34,694 nt of DNA from Bacteroidota bacterium. Its GTDB lineage: Bacteria; Bacteroidota; Bacteroidia; Chitinophagales; BACL12. The first letter of the stretch is position 1; each line of letters starts with the position of its first letter. Location: the NCBI GenBank assembly GCA_031402635.1, contig JANNSM010000051.1, forward strand, positions 1 to 34,694, in the 5' to 3' direction. A program made the position numbers and the translations under genes. The notes under the pieces were generated by a model. The model had not been told where the DNA came from, searched no databases, and was given only the letters and a program-made list of their open reading frames with translations. Below, piece by piece: positions 1 to 9,095 of this stretch.

Positions 1-2
1 AG

Positions 3-128
3 GGAACCGCCAATCTTGATTTGGTACTTCAATTGGCCAGCGGTGCCAAAGGCCATGATCTGGAGGGTTACCGGGCTGATTTTATCCGCATGGCGGGCAG
101 TTCGCGTGCCGTGATGGCAGGGCGTTAA
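3..128 (+). CDS. 3' end of a YfbK-like vWA/DUF3520 protein (partial, runs in from window edge)
   Basis: Hand translation from base 3: GTANLDLVLQLASGAKGHDLEGYRADFIRMAGSSRAVMAGR*. The LA..A.G.D..GYR..FI pattern is typical of the YfbK/DUF3520 C-terminus. Confidence 0.7.
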   Translation, partial: GTANLDLVLQLASGAKGHDLEGYRADFIRMAGSSRAVMAGR

Positions 129-207
129 CCTTAGATCCGACCATTGGGTAATGCTTCAGGTCAGCGCCGGCGGCAACAGGAAAATTTTGTGAAAGAGGTA
201 ATAAGGC

Positions 208-245
208 GAAGAGGCGTTTCCTCCAGGGGAAGCGCCTCTTCTTTT
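208..245 (+). terminator. Rho-independent terminator
   Basis: GAAGAGGCG...CGCCTCTTC stem followed by TTTT, downstream of the YfbK-like gene. Confidence 0.7.
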
Positions 246-368
246 AGTGCATTCACGCTTGAATTTTCAGATTGTCGGCCAGGTCTCGGCTAAGTGATGG
301 GGCTTTCCACAAGTATCCCGTGTACACTTGTTCCGACTGCTAGCGGATTGCCCGCTATTTTCGCACTT

Positions 369-2408
369 ATGCGCGAATGGATCGCCGCCATTTTCAGGGG
401 ACTTTTTTTCTTGCTGTTGCCTGCATCGTTGCATGCACAGACCGCACCAGGCGGTCAGGGCCAATGGCTTTGGAAAATTCGCTCGGGTGCACAAGAGTCT
501 TCTTCTTATTTATTCGCGGTGCTTCATCATGCAGATCCGGCTTTTTCTGCGGCATTTGAGCAGATTACTCCTGTTTTTCAACGCTGTGGATTTTATGCAG
601 GAGTCTGGCCGGCCGATGCGGTAAGCCGCAATGAATTGATGGGTTTGATTCTCCGCGAGGATCAACAGACGATCAGAAAAGAATATCGAAAGCCGGGTTA
701 TTCAGCATTGGATCAACTGGTCCCGGAACGCCTGGGAGACGACTTGCTTTCGTATGTCAGTTGGCAACCCATCTACCTCCGTCGCTTACTTCAGGACGCA
801 GGCCGCAAAAATCAGGGGCAGATTTTCTGGGAAGATGGGCTCCATTATCTGGCCAGGAGTTTGGCAATGCCGGTTCATTTGATCAATTCTCCGGAAACCA
901 TTAGTGAATTAATCAATGATATTCCCCTGGAAGAACAGTTGGAGCTTGTCAGGAAATACGGAGAAATGGCCGGTCGTCAGGACTCTGTGCTGGATCAATA
1001 CGCCGGTTTTTATGTGACCGGTGACTGGGATGGCTTGGCCACGCTTTGCCGCGAAACAGAGGGCGAAGCCGCCGCCTTGCGACTGCTGGATGGTCTGGCA
1101 CTGAGTACCGCGACAGGCATCCTGGAATCGGCGTCTGTGCCGGGTGGATTTTACACCATTCCCGCAGAACTTCTCGGCGGGTCTGACGGGGTATTGAACA
1201 AGCTGAATCAACTGGGCGTTGAACTGGAGCCCGTTCCTGTTTCACAATTTATTACCGATCTCAAAGCCGCTTTGCCCGCTTGGATGATTGAAGAGGCCGG
1301 CTTGACCGCCAATCCTGCTTCTGAACCGCAAGTGGCAACCCATATTGCCATTGTTTCTGAAAATGTTTCTGAAAATGCTAACCAGGAGGGAGTTAATCCT
1401 TTGTTCACCAGTCTGGATGCCTGGAAGGCGACCCCCCAACTTCCCCACACCGCAGATCCGTTTTCAGACTTTGTTGAATACCGTGATCTGGACACTTCGT
1501 TCTCGCGACAATGGATCCGGTATCAGCCCCGCGAGAAAGACTTTACGGTCAGACTTCCTTTTACGCCGGAAATCGTTTCCAACACGTTTCGCGCTGAAGG
1601 TGGGACCGTCGAAGTTCAAATCTACCTGCTGAACGACCCGTTGAGTGAATTGTATTACCTCATCAGCCGCAATCAATACCCGTCTCCTTTCGAACTTTCC
1701 GATCCCGCCCAGTTTTTTAGTAATGCTGTTGAAGGAACACGCGTTAAGTTCGATGGCTTGGTTTTAGCAGACCGGCCGGTTTCAACACCTTTATATCGGG
1801 GCCGGGAATTTGTGCTTTCGCTTCCAGACGCACGTTATCTGCGCGGCAGAATTTTACTGGTCAATAACAACCTGTTCCAGATCGTCACGATTGGTAATTT
1901 GCAGACCGCCTGGAGTGACCAGGCCGAAGTATTTCTCCGGTCCTTTGCCTTGCCAAGAGGAAATGTGCGCACGTGGGCTCATGTCTCCGGTGCCCGTTTC
2001 CGTGCGCGTATGCCTTTAGATCCGGTTGTTGCCCGGCGAGTCATTCAAACTCCTGGCGGACCGGTACAAGTTGATCTGTGGTCGTTGGATGACCCAATCA
2101 GCAATATCACCTATTTCATCAGCACCAGTCACTATCCGCCCGAGGTTGCAAAATCAAAAAAAGAATTTCTCGAAAGAATTGTTTCCGGGACGGTATCCAA
2201 TTTGAACGGTACGCTCTCCAATGAAGAAAAAATCAAGACAGGCAGACACCAGGGTCGTTACGTAGAAATTCAAACGCCTGAAAAAAAATACCGGATCCGG
2301 TTTTTTCTTGAAGGGAGTGATCTTTATCAAATCATGTCCGGAGCTGAAGGGGATAAGGTAAACAGCGCTGACGTTGAATATTACTTCAAGTCCTTCGCTT
2401 TTCAGTGA
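369..2408 (+). CDS. Secreted TraB/GumN-family-like protein with two repeated C-terminal domains
   Basis: Likely start MREWIAA at 369 with a signal peptide (LHA|Q). The LWKI..SYLFAVLH motif is TraB/GumN-like. Two similar F.vR.P..P...GR.....Y.i.......LyQi modules follow at the C-terminus. Confidence 0.65.
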   Translation: MREWIAAIFRGLFFLLLPASLHAQTAPGGQGQWLWKIRSGAQESSSYLFAVLHHADPAFSAAFEQITPVFQRCGFYAGVWPADAVSRNELMGLILREDQQTIRKEYRKPGYSALDQLVPERLGDDLLSYVSWQPIYLRRLLQDAGRKNQGQIFWEDGLHYLARSLAMPVHLINSPETISELINDIPLEEQLELVRKYGEMAGRQDSVLDQYAGFYVTGDWDGLATLCRETEGEAAALRLLDGLALSTATGILESASVPGGFYTIPAELLGGSDGVLNKLNQLGVELEPVPVSQFITDLKAALPAWMIEEAGLTANPASEPQVATHIAIVSENVSENANQEGVNPLFTSLDAWKATPQLPHTADPFSDFVEYRDLDTSFSRQWIRYQPREKDFTVRLPFTPEIVSNTFRAEGGTVEVQIYLLNDPLSELYYLISRNQYPSPFELSDPAQFFSNAVEGTRVKFDGLVLADRPVSTPLYRGREFVLSLPDARYLRGRILLVNNNLFQIVTIGNLQTAWSDQAEVFLRSFALPRGNVRTWAHVSGARFRARMPLDPVVARRVIQTPGGPVQVDLWSLDDPISNITYFISTSHYPPEVAKSKKEFLERIVSGTVSNLNGTLSNEEKIKTGRHQGRYVEIQTPEKKYRIRFFLEGSDLYQIMSGAEGDKVNSADVEYYFKSFAFQ

Positions 2409-2426
2409 AATTAATGGAGCCTGCGT

Positions 2427-3365
2427 TCATGGTGTTTCCCGGAGGAAATGATCAATGCGCTTAACAACCTGATCGGAATTGCCTAGTGCATGACCAAGAC
2501 CGGGTAAGATTTCCGCGCGAATCAAACCCGGCAAGTGCCCTTCCGCCCTTTTTCGCAACCGCTCTGCATCAAAGAGTGCGTCCTGTTCCCCGCAAAGCAG
2601 TATCGATGGGTTGCGGACCGCTTGCAATTCCCGGCTGGGAAAAAGATATGGAAATTGGGCACCCGGGCTAAAATGCCGGAAAGTAATGTGGAACATGTCC
2701 ACGATTTTGTCTAGCTGATCCGGGGTAAAACGATCGCTACTGCCCAGAATATTTGACTGAACAAAATGTTTAATGTTCAGGCGGCTGGGTCGCAGGATTG
2801 CTCTGCTAAATGCAGACACCATTCGGGGTCGAATGTGCAATCCGGTAAACCCGGCCGGCCCCATAAAGATGGCTTTTCGGATTCGCTCCGGCGCTACCTG
2901 AGCCATTTTAACGATCAGGAATCCACCAAACGACATCCCAACAATCGCGCACGAATCAACACCCAATTTATCGAGCAACTCGCTTAACCAAATACCATAA
3001 CCCAGGCCTCGCACCGGAGGGCTCAACGGGCTGCTGTTATTGGGTTGCCCGATTACATCTACCAGATAAATTCTGTAATCCCCGGCCAGGCTTTGAAGGC
3101 TACCCGTAATTTCCCACATCATCCCGTTTCCTGACCATCCGTGTAGAAAAAGTACCGGAGGTCCGTCAGATTTGCCCCCCACAGCTACCCGGGTATTACC
3201 ATAACAAGTATCAATGTCCAGCAGATCATAGGCTGTCCTGCTCTGCTGGTGAATGCCGTGATACCATTCCTGAAACGCTTTCCGGCCTGATTCAGACCTG
3301 AATTTTGAACGGTGGTGTTTCAATTCTGGCCGGGAAACTTGCCCTAAAGGTTTGCCGGGCCACAT
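2427..3365 (-). CDS. Alpha/beta fold hydrolase
   Basis: FLHG oxyanion motif, GMSFGG nucleophile elbow, GEQD acid and GH catalytic His. Confidence 0.9.
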   Translation of the reverse strand: MWPGKPLGQVSRPELKHHRSKFRSESGRKAFQEWYHGIHQQSRTAYDLLDIDTCYGNTRVAVGGKSDGPPVLFLHGWSGNGMMWEITGSLQSLAGDYRIYLVDVIGQPNNSSPLSPPVRGLGYGIWLSELLDKLGVDSCAIVGMSFGGFLIVKMAQVAPERIRKAIFMGPAGFTGLHIRPRMVSAFSRAILRPSRLNIKHFVQSNILGSSDRFTPDQLDKIVDMFHITFRHFSPGAQFPYLFPSRELQAVRNPSILLCGEQDALFDAERLRKRAEGHLPGLIRAEILPGLGHALGNSDQVVKRIDHFLRETP

Positions 3366-3389
3366 AAAGCGGTTAATTTTCCACTAGAC

Positions 3390-3734
3390 ATGAAAAAGAT
3401 ATCCTCCCTGTTTGCGTTGATGTTTTGTGCAGCCCTGGTGTTCGCACAATTGAATAATCCGTCGCCCATGATTGATTCTATAGGATTTGCTGATAAAATT
3501 ATCGGAAAGGTTATTCTGATCGGCGATACCTGGGCTATTGAATCCGCCGAAAATGGCCATTTGCAGCGATATGTTCCAATCGGAGATGACAATTCCTGGA
3601 AATCAGAAGGTCAGGAAATTGTTTTTAGCGGTGTCATTGGTAAGCCCGATCCAAACGTCAGAATGATAGGCAATCCGCTTGAAGTCCGGGAATGGAGAAA
3701 ACTATACAGGGCTCAACCGACCGATGAACATTGA
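3390..3734 (+). CDS. Small secreted hypothetical protein
   Basis: 114 aa ORF with signal peptide MKKISSLFALMFCAALVFA|Q. Confidence 0.7.
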   Translation: MKKISSLFALMFCAALVFAQLNNPSPMIDSIGFADKIIGKVILIGDTWAIESAENGHLQRYVPIGDDNSWKSEGQEIVFSGVIGKPDPNVRMIGNPLEVREWRKLYRAQPTDEH

Positions 3735-3840
3735 ACCAAACAACCCTGAAGTGAACCAATACCTTTAAGTGGTTGTTATACTATTGATCGTTTGTTAGTA
3801 AAGCGATCAACCTTTTTTTCGTAGTGCGTATTATTAGTTT

Positions 3841-3876
3841 GGGGACGGCAAATTGATTTTGCCGTCCTTTTTTTTT
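3841..3876 (+). terminator. Rho-independent terminator
   Basis: GGACGGCAAA/TTTGCCGTCC stem followed by a long T-run, between convergent genes. Confidence 0.8.
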
Positions 3877-3925
3877 AGAACGGTCTGAGCCTAACCGAGA
3901 TCATCTGTTCAAAACAGAAAGGGGG

Positions 3926-5782
3926 TTACCTGACCAACTGGAACAGGGATGCCTTGTAAACTGTATCCGGCGTTTTCAATTCCATCCAGTACACCCCGGA
4001 AGGCCAGGAAACACTTTGGCTGATTTCCAGATAAGTAGTCCCGGCTGGATTATCCAGATGCTCCTTATGCATCAAACGTCCGTCAGCAGACCAGATCTGC
4101 AGGATTCCGGAAGTAAGATTGCCATCTGTAAATTGGACAATTAACGGACCCTGCACCGGATTGCTTTGAGGAGTGATCCCCGCTTCGCGGAACAATGGCA
4201 TGGTCACCGTATAGACATCAGTGCCGAAAGATGTTGCTTGACCGCAACCGGTAAAGATTCTCCAGTCATAGGTCTCACCAGGTTCCAGCGTATCCAGTGT
4301 CAGTACATTGGTCAGGGAATTCTGACTATTCCAGACACTTGTTCCGCTAATCCGCGTCTGCAGCAAGTAGCCTCTTGCGCCGGGTTGCTCTTCCCAATTG
4401 AATTCTAAGGTGTTAGGTCCGCCAATATTGGCCGTTGGATTGGTGGGAATTCGGCAATACAATTGTTTGAGCAAAAAGAAGTTGCCTGTGCGCAGTCCGT
4501 CAACGGATTTGTTCCTCGCACCAATCAGTAAATCAGCAAGTCCGTCGCTATCAACATCGCCTGGAGAATTGACAGCACAACTAAAGAAATCGCTTGGGGC
4601 TAACTTGATTCCCAGGCCCCCGCTTGTTTCACTGATTTTATCGAAAAAAACGGGTATTCCATCCGATTGCAGGTATAGGATATACACCGCCCCTTTGTCT
4701 AAGATGCCGTCATTGCTGTCGTCGTCACCCGGGGAGCTGACGGCAAGCTCAGGGATACCGTCATTATTTAAATCATCAATTTTTGCCAAAGCGAAACCAA
4801 AGGCATCCCCCGGATCCAGCACGGTGCTCAAAAGCGGCAAATCCACACTGATCTCGATGTTTCGATTTACGACCCCTCCGGCGGTAAAACTCAACAGATG
4901 AACGCGACCCCGGGTATCTGCACCCCAGGCGCCTACGGCCAAAACACCGGTTCCCGGGCCACCCAAATCGCCAAGCCAGGCCATACCTGAACCGAAAAAG
5001 TCGCCGTTGTTGATGCGGCCGTTGAGAATCGGCTCCGATGGGTTTATGACCCGATAACTCAATACCAAACCGGCATTGTCCAGGTAAAGCAAGTAAAGTG
5101 CTCCGCCTGTATTGATCCCTCCTACGTTGTCATACGGTGCACTGACCATGATATCTGTTACGCCATTTCCGTCAACATCGCCGACCGAAGCAATAGCACT
5201 GCCAAAACGACTCAGGGAAGGAATCAACCCTGTTGGCAAGCCCCCAAAGCCATTGGTAATGCGCGTATAAAACCGCACCCCCCCAACAGAATCAAGAAAA
5301 CAGATATAGATTGCTCCGAGTTCCAGACCTCCGTCAACAATGGTTTGGGGTGCGCCGATTGCAAGTTCTGGAAGACCATCTCCGTCCAGATCACCAATAT
5401 TGGACATAGCATCGCCAAATACGCCGAATTCTGACAATTCCGGGATTTGATCCGGTCCGATCACTCCAACCGGCTGGATCTGGCCATTTGGCCTAACATT
5501 TAGTAACCAGGCTTTGCCGGCATTTTCAAGGCCCGGCAACACACCATCTGCGCTGCGTAGGCCCGCACCGATCAGGATACCCGCAGGTAGCCCCGGAAAA
5601 CTGCCCAGAGAAGCAAATGATGCCCCGAGGCGGTCGCCGTCCTGCAACACGCTATCAGCAATTGCATCCCGGACATTGAAGACCTTTTTTGCCGTAATCC
5701 TGAAAGGCTGTTGTGCGTGCACAACGCTCACCAGGCTTACCAAGGTGAGCACACAACAGAAAAGAAGCGTAAATCGTCGCAT
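3926..5782 (-). CDS. FG-GAP/integrin-alpha beta-propeller protein with FN3 domain and T9SS C-terminal sorting domain
   Basis: Start MRRFTLL at 5782 with a signal peptide (VHA|Q). Repeated FG...GDxDGDGxxELAxGAP motifs, an FN3-like LEPGETYDWRI segment and a C-terminal NPV...GR...PSGVYWM.L T9SS-type tail. Confidence 0.85.
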   Translation of the reverse strand: MRRFTLLFCCVLTLVSLVSVVHAQQPFRITAKKVFNVRDAIADSVLQDGDRLGASFASLGSFPGLPAGILIGAGLRSADGVLPGLENAGKAWLLNVRPNGQIQPVGVIGPDQIPELSEFGVFGDAMSNIGDLDGDGLPELAIGAPQTIVDGGLELGAIYICFLDSVGGVRFYTRITNGFGGLPTGLIPSLSRFGSAIASVGDVDGNGVTDIMVSAPYDNVGGINTGGALYLLYLDNAGLVLSYRVINPSEPILNGRINNGDFFGSGMAWLGDLGGPGTGVLAVGAWGADTRGRVHLLSFTAGGVVNRNIEISVDLPLLSTVLDPGDAFGFALAKIDDLNNDGIPELAVSSPGDDDSNDGILDKGAVYILYLQSDGIPVFFDKISETSGGLGIKLAPSDFFSCAVNSPGDVDSDGLADLLIGARNKSVDGLRTGNFFLLKQLYCRIPTNPTANIGGPNTLEFNWEEQPGARGYLLQTRISGTSVWNSQNSLTNVLTLDTLEPGETYDWRIFTGCGQATSFGTDVYTVTMPLFREAGITPQSNPVQGPLIVQFTDGNLTSGILQIWSADGRLMHKEHLDNPAGTTYLEISQSVSWPSGVYWMELKTPDTVYKASLFQLVR

Positions 5783-5895
5783 AAATACAGATTGAAGAAA
5801 ATGGATTACGCCGCAGAAGACCCTGTTTCCTGACCAAAACAACTATCTAAGTTAGGTAAAAATCGAGAATAAATGCACGATAGGGGCCTAAATCT

Positions 5896-7041
5896 TCAGG
5901 TTAATTCTCCTACTCCCGATGAAATACTAATGGGGAAAATGCCGGGGTCAATCCCAGTAGCTGTCTTGTAAACTTCCGCTACCTGACTGGTAAAAGAGCT
6001 GATTTGCTTTTCCAGAACCAATGCTACCGCGCATCCGCCAAAACCTGCGCCGGTCATTCTTGCACCGCAGCAACCCGGATAGGAGTTGGCGGCATCGACA
6101 AGGATATCCATTTCCAGACAACTCACGGCAAAGTCATCCCGAAGCGAAGCATGGGAGGCTTTGAGCAAGTTTCCCAATTCAACAGGATTGCCCGTCTCCA
6201 GCGAGGCTGCAGCCGCCAATACCCGTTGAGATTCCGAATAAACATGGCGGGCAACAGCCTGCAAAGCCGGATCTGCCAATTGCCCCGGCATTTCGGGCTG
6301 GTTAATCATCGCCAGTTTGTCCAGCCCAAGCAAACCGGCTGCCTTTTCGCAAGCCAGACGCCTGTCATTATAGGCAGATCCGGCCAATTCCCGGGGTTTT
6401 CGGGAATCCAGGATGACCCAGCGGTAGCCGGAAAGCTCAGCGGGGATTTCCCGGTGAGTCAGTTTTGAACAATCCACAAGGAGTGCCCGACCCGAAACTC
6501 CATGGGCAATGGCATAGGGGTCCATAATTCCGCATTGAACGCCCAGGTAACGGGATTCGACGGATTGGGCCAGCAAAGCCAGCCTGGTTTTGTCCGGTGT
6601 TTTGCCCGAAAGGGAGGTGGTCATCCAGGCAAAAATCATCTCCAGGGCTGCAGACGAGGAGAGCCCTGAGCCTTCGGGCAGATCAGAAGACAAGAGCACT
6701 TCCGCCCCAGGCAAACTCAGGCCTGACTCCGCATGCAAGGCGAGGACACCGGCAACATGGTTCCCCCAACCATGAATCTGACCCGGCCCGGGTATGGGAT
6801 CAAGAGGAATTTCTACCCTATCCGGATGATTGCCTGAAATCAGCCCCCAGCAGCGCTCTTCGCGCTGCCGGATCACCGCATGAATTCCCCGGTTAATGGC
6901 TGCCGGGAGGACCAGCCCACCGTTGTAATCAAGGTGTTCTCCAATGAGGTTGACACGGCCCGGGGCGAAAAAATGCCGCAGTGATTGACGGTTTTCCGTG
7001 CCAAAATGCCGGAAGAAAAGTGCTTCAATAGCTGGTTTCAA
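5896..7041 (-). CDS. galK: Galactokinase
   Basis: GRVNLIGEHLDYNGG, GSGLSSSAALE, CGIMD and GARMTGAGFGGC GHMP-kinase motifs. TTG start. Confidence 0.95.
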   Translation of the reverse strand: MKPAIEALFFRHFGTENRQSLRHFFAPGRVNLIGEHLDYNGGLVLPAAINRGIHAVIRQREERCWGLISGNHPDRVEIPLDPIPGPGQIHGWGNHVAGVLALHAESGLSLPGAEVLLSSDLPEGSGLSSSAALEMIFAWMTTSLSGKTPDKTRLALLAQSVESRYLGVQCGIMDPYAIAHGVSGRALLVDCSKLTHREIPAELSGYRWVILDSRKPRELAGSAYNDRRLACEKAAGLLGLDKLAMINQPEMPGQLADPALQAVARHVYSESQRVLAAAASLETGNPVELGNLLKASHASLRDDFAVSCLEMDILVDAANSYPGCCGARMTGAGFGGCAVALVLEKQISSFTSQVAEVYKTATGIDPGIFPISISSGVGELT

Positions 7042-7109
7042 GGGAATTTTATAGACTGAAAAAAGAATTCAGATCAGGTATTCTGAAAATCCGTACAGGC
7101 AATTGCAGG

Positions 7110-7123
7110 CAAATTAGTATTTT
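7110..7123 (+). repeat. attL core (CAAATTAGTATTTT)
   Basis: Exact copy at 30621-30634. Lies 84 bp upstream of the integrase ORF. Confidence 0.85.
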
Positions 7124-7207
7124 TTCATCATGATTAGCCACAGACCACTGGTAACGTGGTTTTGGGCCAATTAACTCAGTTTAGCCCGAGTCACTAATGC
7201 GTCAATC

Positions 7208-8365
7208 TTGAAGAAAAAAAATAAATCGAAAATAGGATCTGCTCGAGCCAAGGCTCCTTCGTTTTTTCGTCCGGCCAGGGTCGTTAATGGAACATTCCTG
7301 TACGTCGTTTTTTATGTAGCATATCCGTCCAATGGTGAACTCCAGCGCTTCCGTAAACGCTGTAACCTTTCGGGGTATTCAAAACGAGACCAAAAGCGCT
7401 TTGCCGAAGACTACGCCATGATGATCAACGACAAGTTGCGTCAGGGCTGGACCCCATGGGACGAAGATGCACAGGCGCCGGGAGATGTACCAATCGGCAT
7501 GCTCCTGGACCTATACCTGGACAGTAAGAAATTGCGTATTCGCGGCAGCTCTTTGAAAACCATAACCAATTTGATTTCCAGGATTCGCGAGCAGATTGAA
7601 CTTCGGCAAATAGATAAGTGGCTGTGTAGTGCCTTCACCCAAGTGCACGCACAGCAAATAGCTGACCGGTTCCTCATGGGAAAGGGCATGTCGCCTGTCC
7701 ACTTTAATGCGTGTATCAATCAGTGTCGGGCAGTGTTCGCTTATGCAATTGATCGAGGTGCGATTTCTTCAAACCCATTTTCGAAAATTCGGAAAATACC
7801 AGTCCGAAGCAAGAAACGTCGGCTTTTCGAGCAGGACGAATTAGACCGGCTCATGGCGTATTCAATGGAATGTGTGCCATGGTATCATCTGGCCTGCCAG
7901 CTTGCCTATCGTTGTTTTATTCGCCCAAAAGAATTGGTCTGTCTTCAGGTAGGCGATATTGACCTGGAGCATGGATTGGTAGTCGTCAAGCCCGAGCACG
8001 GTAAAACGGGAAAGAAGCGCCAAATTATTCTACCCTATTCGCTCTGGGATTTGTTTAAGACAATGGGCTTGGCCGGCTTCCCGCCAGATCATCACGTGTT
8101 CAGCAACGCTAATTATAGCCCGGGCAAGAAGCGTAGCAATCAATTTCGCCTAGGTAGTTACTTCAGCAAATTTGTGCGGCCAGCGTTGGGATTCGATACG
8201 GCGCTGGTTTTTTATAGTCTCAAGGATACCGGCATTACCCATTTCCTGCAACAGGGCGGATCCATTGGGGATGCACAGTACCAAGCCGGCCACAGTAACG
8301 CATCCATGACCGCTCAGTATATTGGTACCAACAAAGCGACCATTGAAGCACTACGAAGTTTTTAG
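7208..8365 (+). CDS. Tyrosine recombinase/phage integrase
   Basis: N-terminal arm-binding-like region (..IN.KL..GW.P), SAM-like core ending NPF. Catalytic positions R (IRPKEL), K (HGKTGK), YSLKDTG, AGHS and TAQY. Confidence 0.92.
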   Translation: MKKKNKSKIGSARAKAPSFFRPARVVNGTFLYVVFYVAYPSNGELQRFRKRCNLSGYSKRDQKRFAEDYAMMINDKLRQGWTPWDEDAQAPGDVPIGMLLDLYLDSKKLRIRGSSLKTITNLISRIREQIELRQIDKWLCSAFTQVHAQQIADRFLMGKGMSPVHFNACINQCRAVFAYAIDRGAISSNPFSKIRKIPVRSKKRRLFEQDELDRLMAYSMECVPWYHLACQLAYRCFIRPKELVCLQVGDIDLEHGLVVVKPEHGKTGKKRQIILPYSLWDLFKTMGLAGFPPDHHVFSNANYSPGKKRSNQFRLGSYFSKFVRPALGFDTALVFYSLKDTGITHFLQQGGSIGDAQYQAGHSNASMTAQYIGTNKATIEALRSF

Positions 8366-8429
8366 CTAAACAATTTTACATACCTTACCATATGAGATAA
8401 CTTTTTACATTCGCCAAAACCCTAGCCCA

Positions 8430-8789
8430 ATGAAACCTCTAATTACGCTTACCTTAACCCTAGTTTTTTTTGTAGGTCTGAGCTCTTGCACGGTTGCTAA
8501 AATAAGTGGCAGGGGAGCCGTCCCTTTTCTGTTAAACCAGCCTGCTGAACAAATGGAACTTACCGAGCATATACGGGTGAAAAAGAACAGTAATTTTGAC
8601 TATACTTCCTCCTTTGATGTTTCCGAAGTGATGGCTAATAAGGTTGCAGAGAAAAAACCCGACGCGATCATCAACACCACTATCACTATAAAAAGAAGCA
8701 TTGACAACTTTTTCATCAACCTCTTCACCCTCGGGCTTGCCCGCTCCAGAAAAATTGTTGTAGAGGCGGATTTTATGTTGGAAAATTAG
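8430..8789 (+). CDS. Small lipoprotein, Bor/TRL-like (accessory)
   Basis: Lipobox LSS-C. The C-terminal FINLFTLGL resembles the Bor family motif. Confidence 0.6.
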   Translation: MKPLITLTLTLVFFVGLSSCTVAKISGRGAVPFLLNQPAEQMELTEHIRVKKNSNFDYTSSFDVSEVMANKVAEKKPDAIINTTITIKRSIDNFFINLFTLGLARSRKIVVEADFMLEN

Positions 8790-8815
8790 AGAAAACTAAA
8801 GCCATATCAAATGGG

Positions 8816-8843
8816 AAAAACCCTGAGCGTTGGCGGTCAGGGT
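8816..8843 (-). terminator. Terminator for the leftward small-gene cluster
   Basis: ACCCTGA/TCAGGGT stem with an A-run on its left, which is a U-tract on the minus strand. Confidence 0.55.
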
Positions 8844-8860
8844 GCAGCGACCTATCTACT

Positions 8861-9094
8861 TCAGACGAAAATTTCTATTGTCAAATTACTATCTGCATTT
8901 ATTGAAATTCTGTAAGATAAACCTGCATGGTTTCCAAATTCTTCCAATAAATCTTGCATCTCATCTTGGTCAATGTATCTACCCATATTTAGTATGACCT
9001 TGCCGGGTATGTCTACCCTCATTGATAAAAAAAGACACTCCATGCGGTTTGTGGTTGCCAATGCTTTCAAGTTATCTATTAACTGTTTTTTCAT
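8861..9094 (-). CDS. Hypothetical protein (77 aa)
   Basis: ATG start immediately after the stop of the upstream ORF. Confidence 0.6.
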   Translation of the reverse strand: MKKQLIDNLKALATTNRMECLFLSMRVDIPGKVILNMGRYIDQDEMQDLLEEFGNHAGLSYRISINADSNLTIEIFV

Positions 9095-9095
9095 T

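Noticed and set aside
369-2408. TraB-like gene as evidence of conjugation
   Set aside because: TraB/GumN is a host protease-like family, and the gene lies outside the att sites.
7042-7207. tRNA/tmRNA at the integration site
   Set aside because: No cloverleaf or T-loop (GTTCRA) motif near either att copy.
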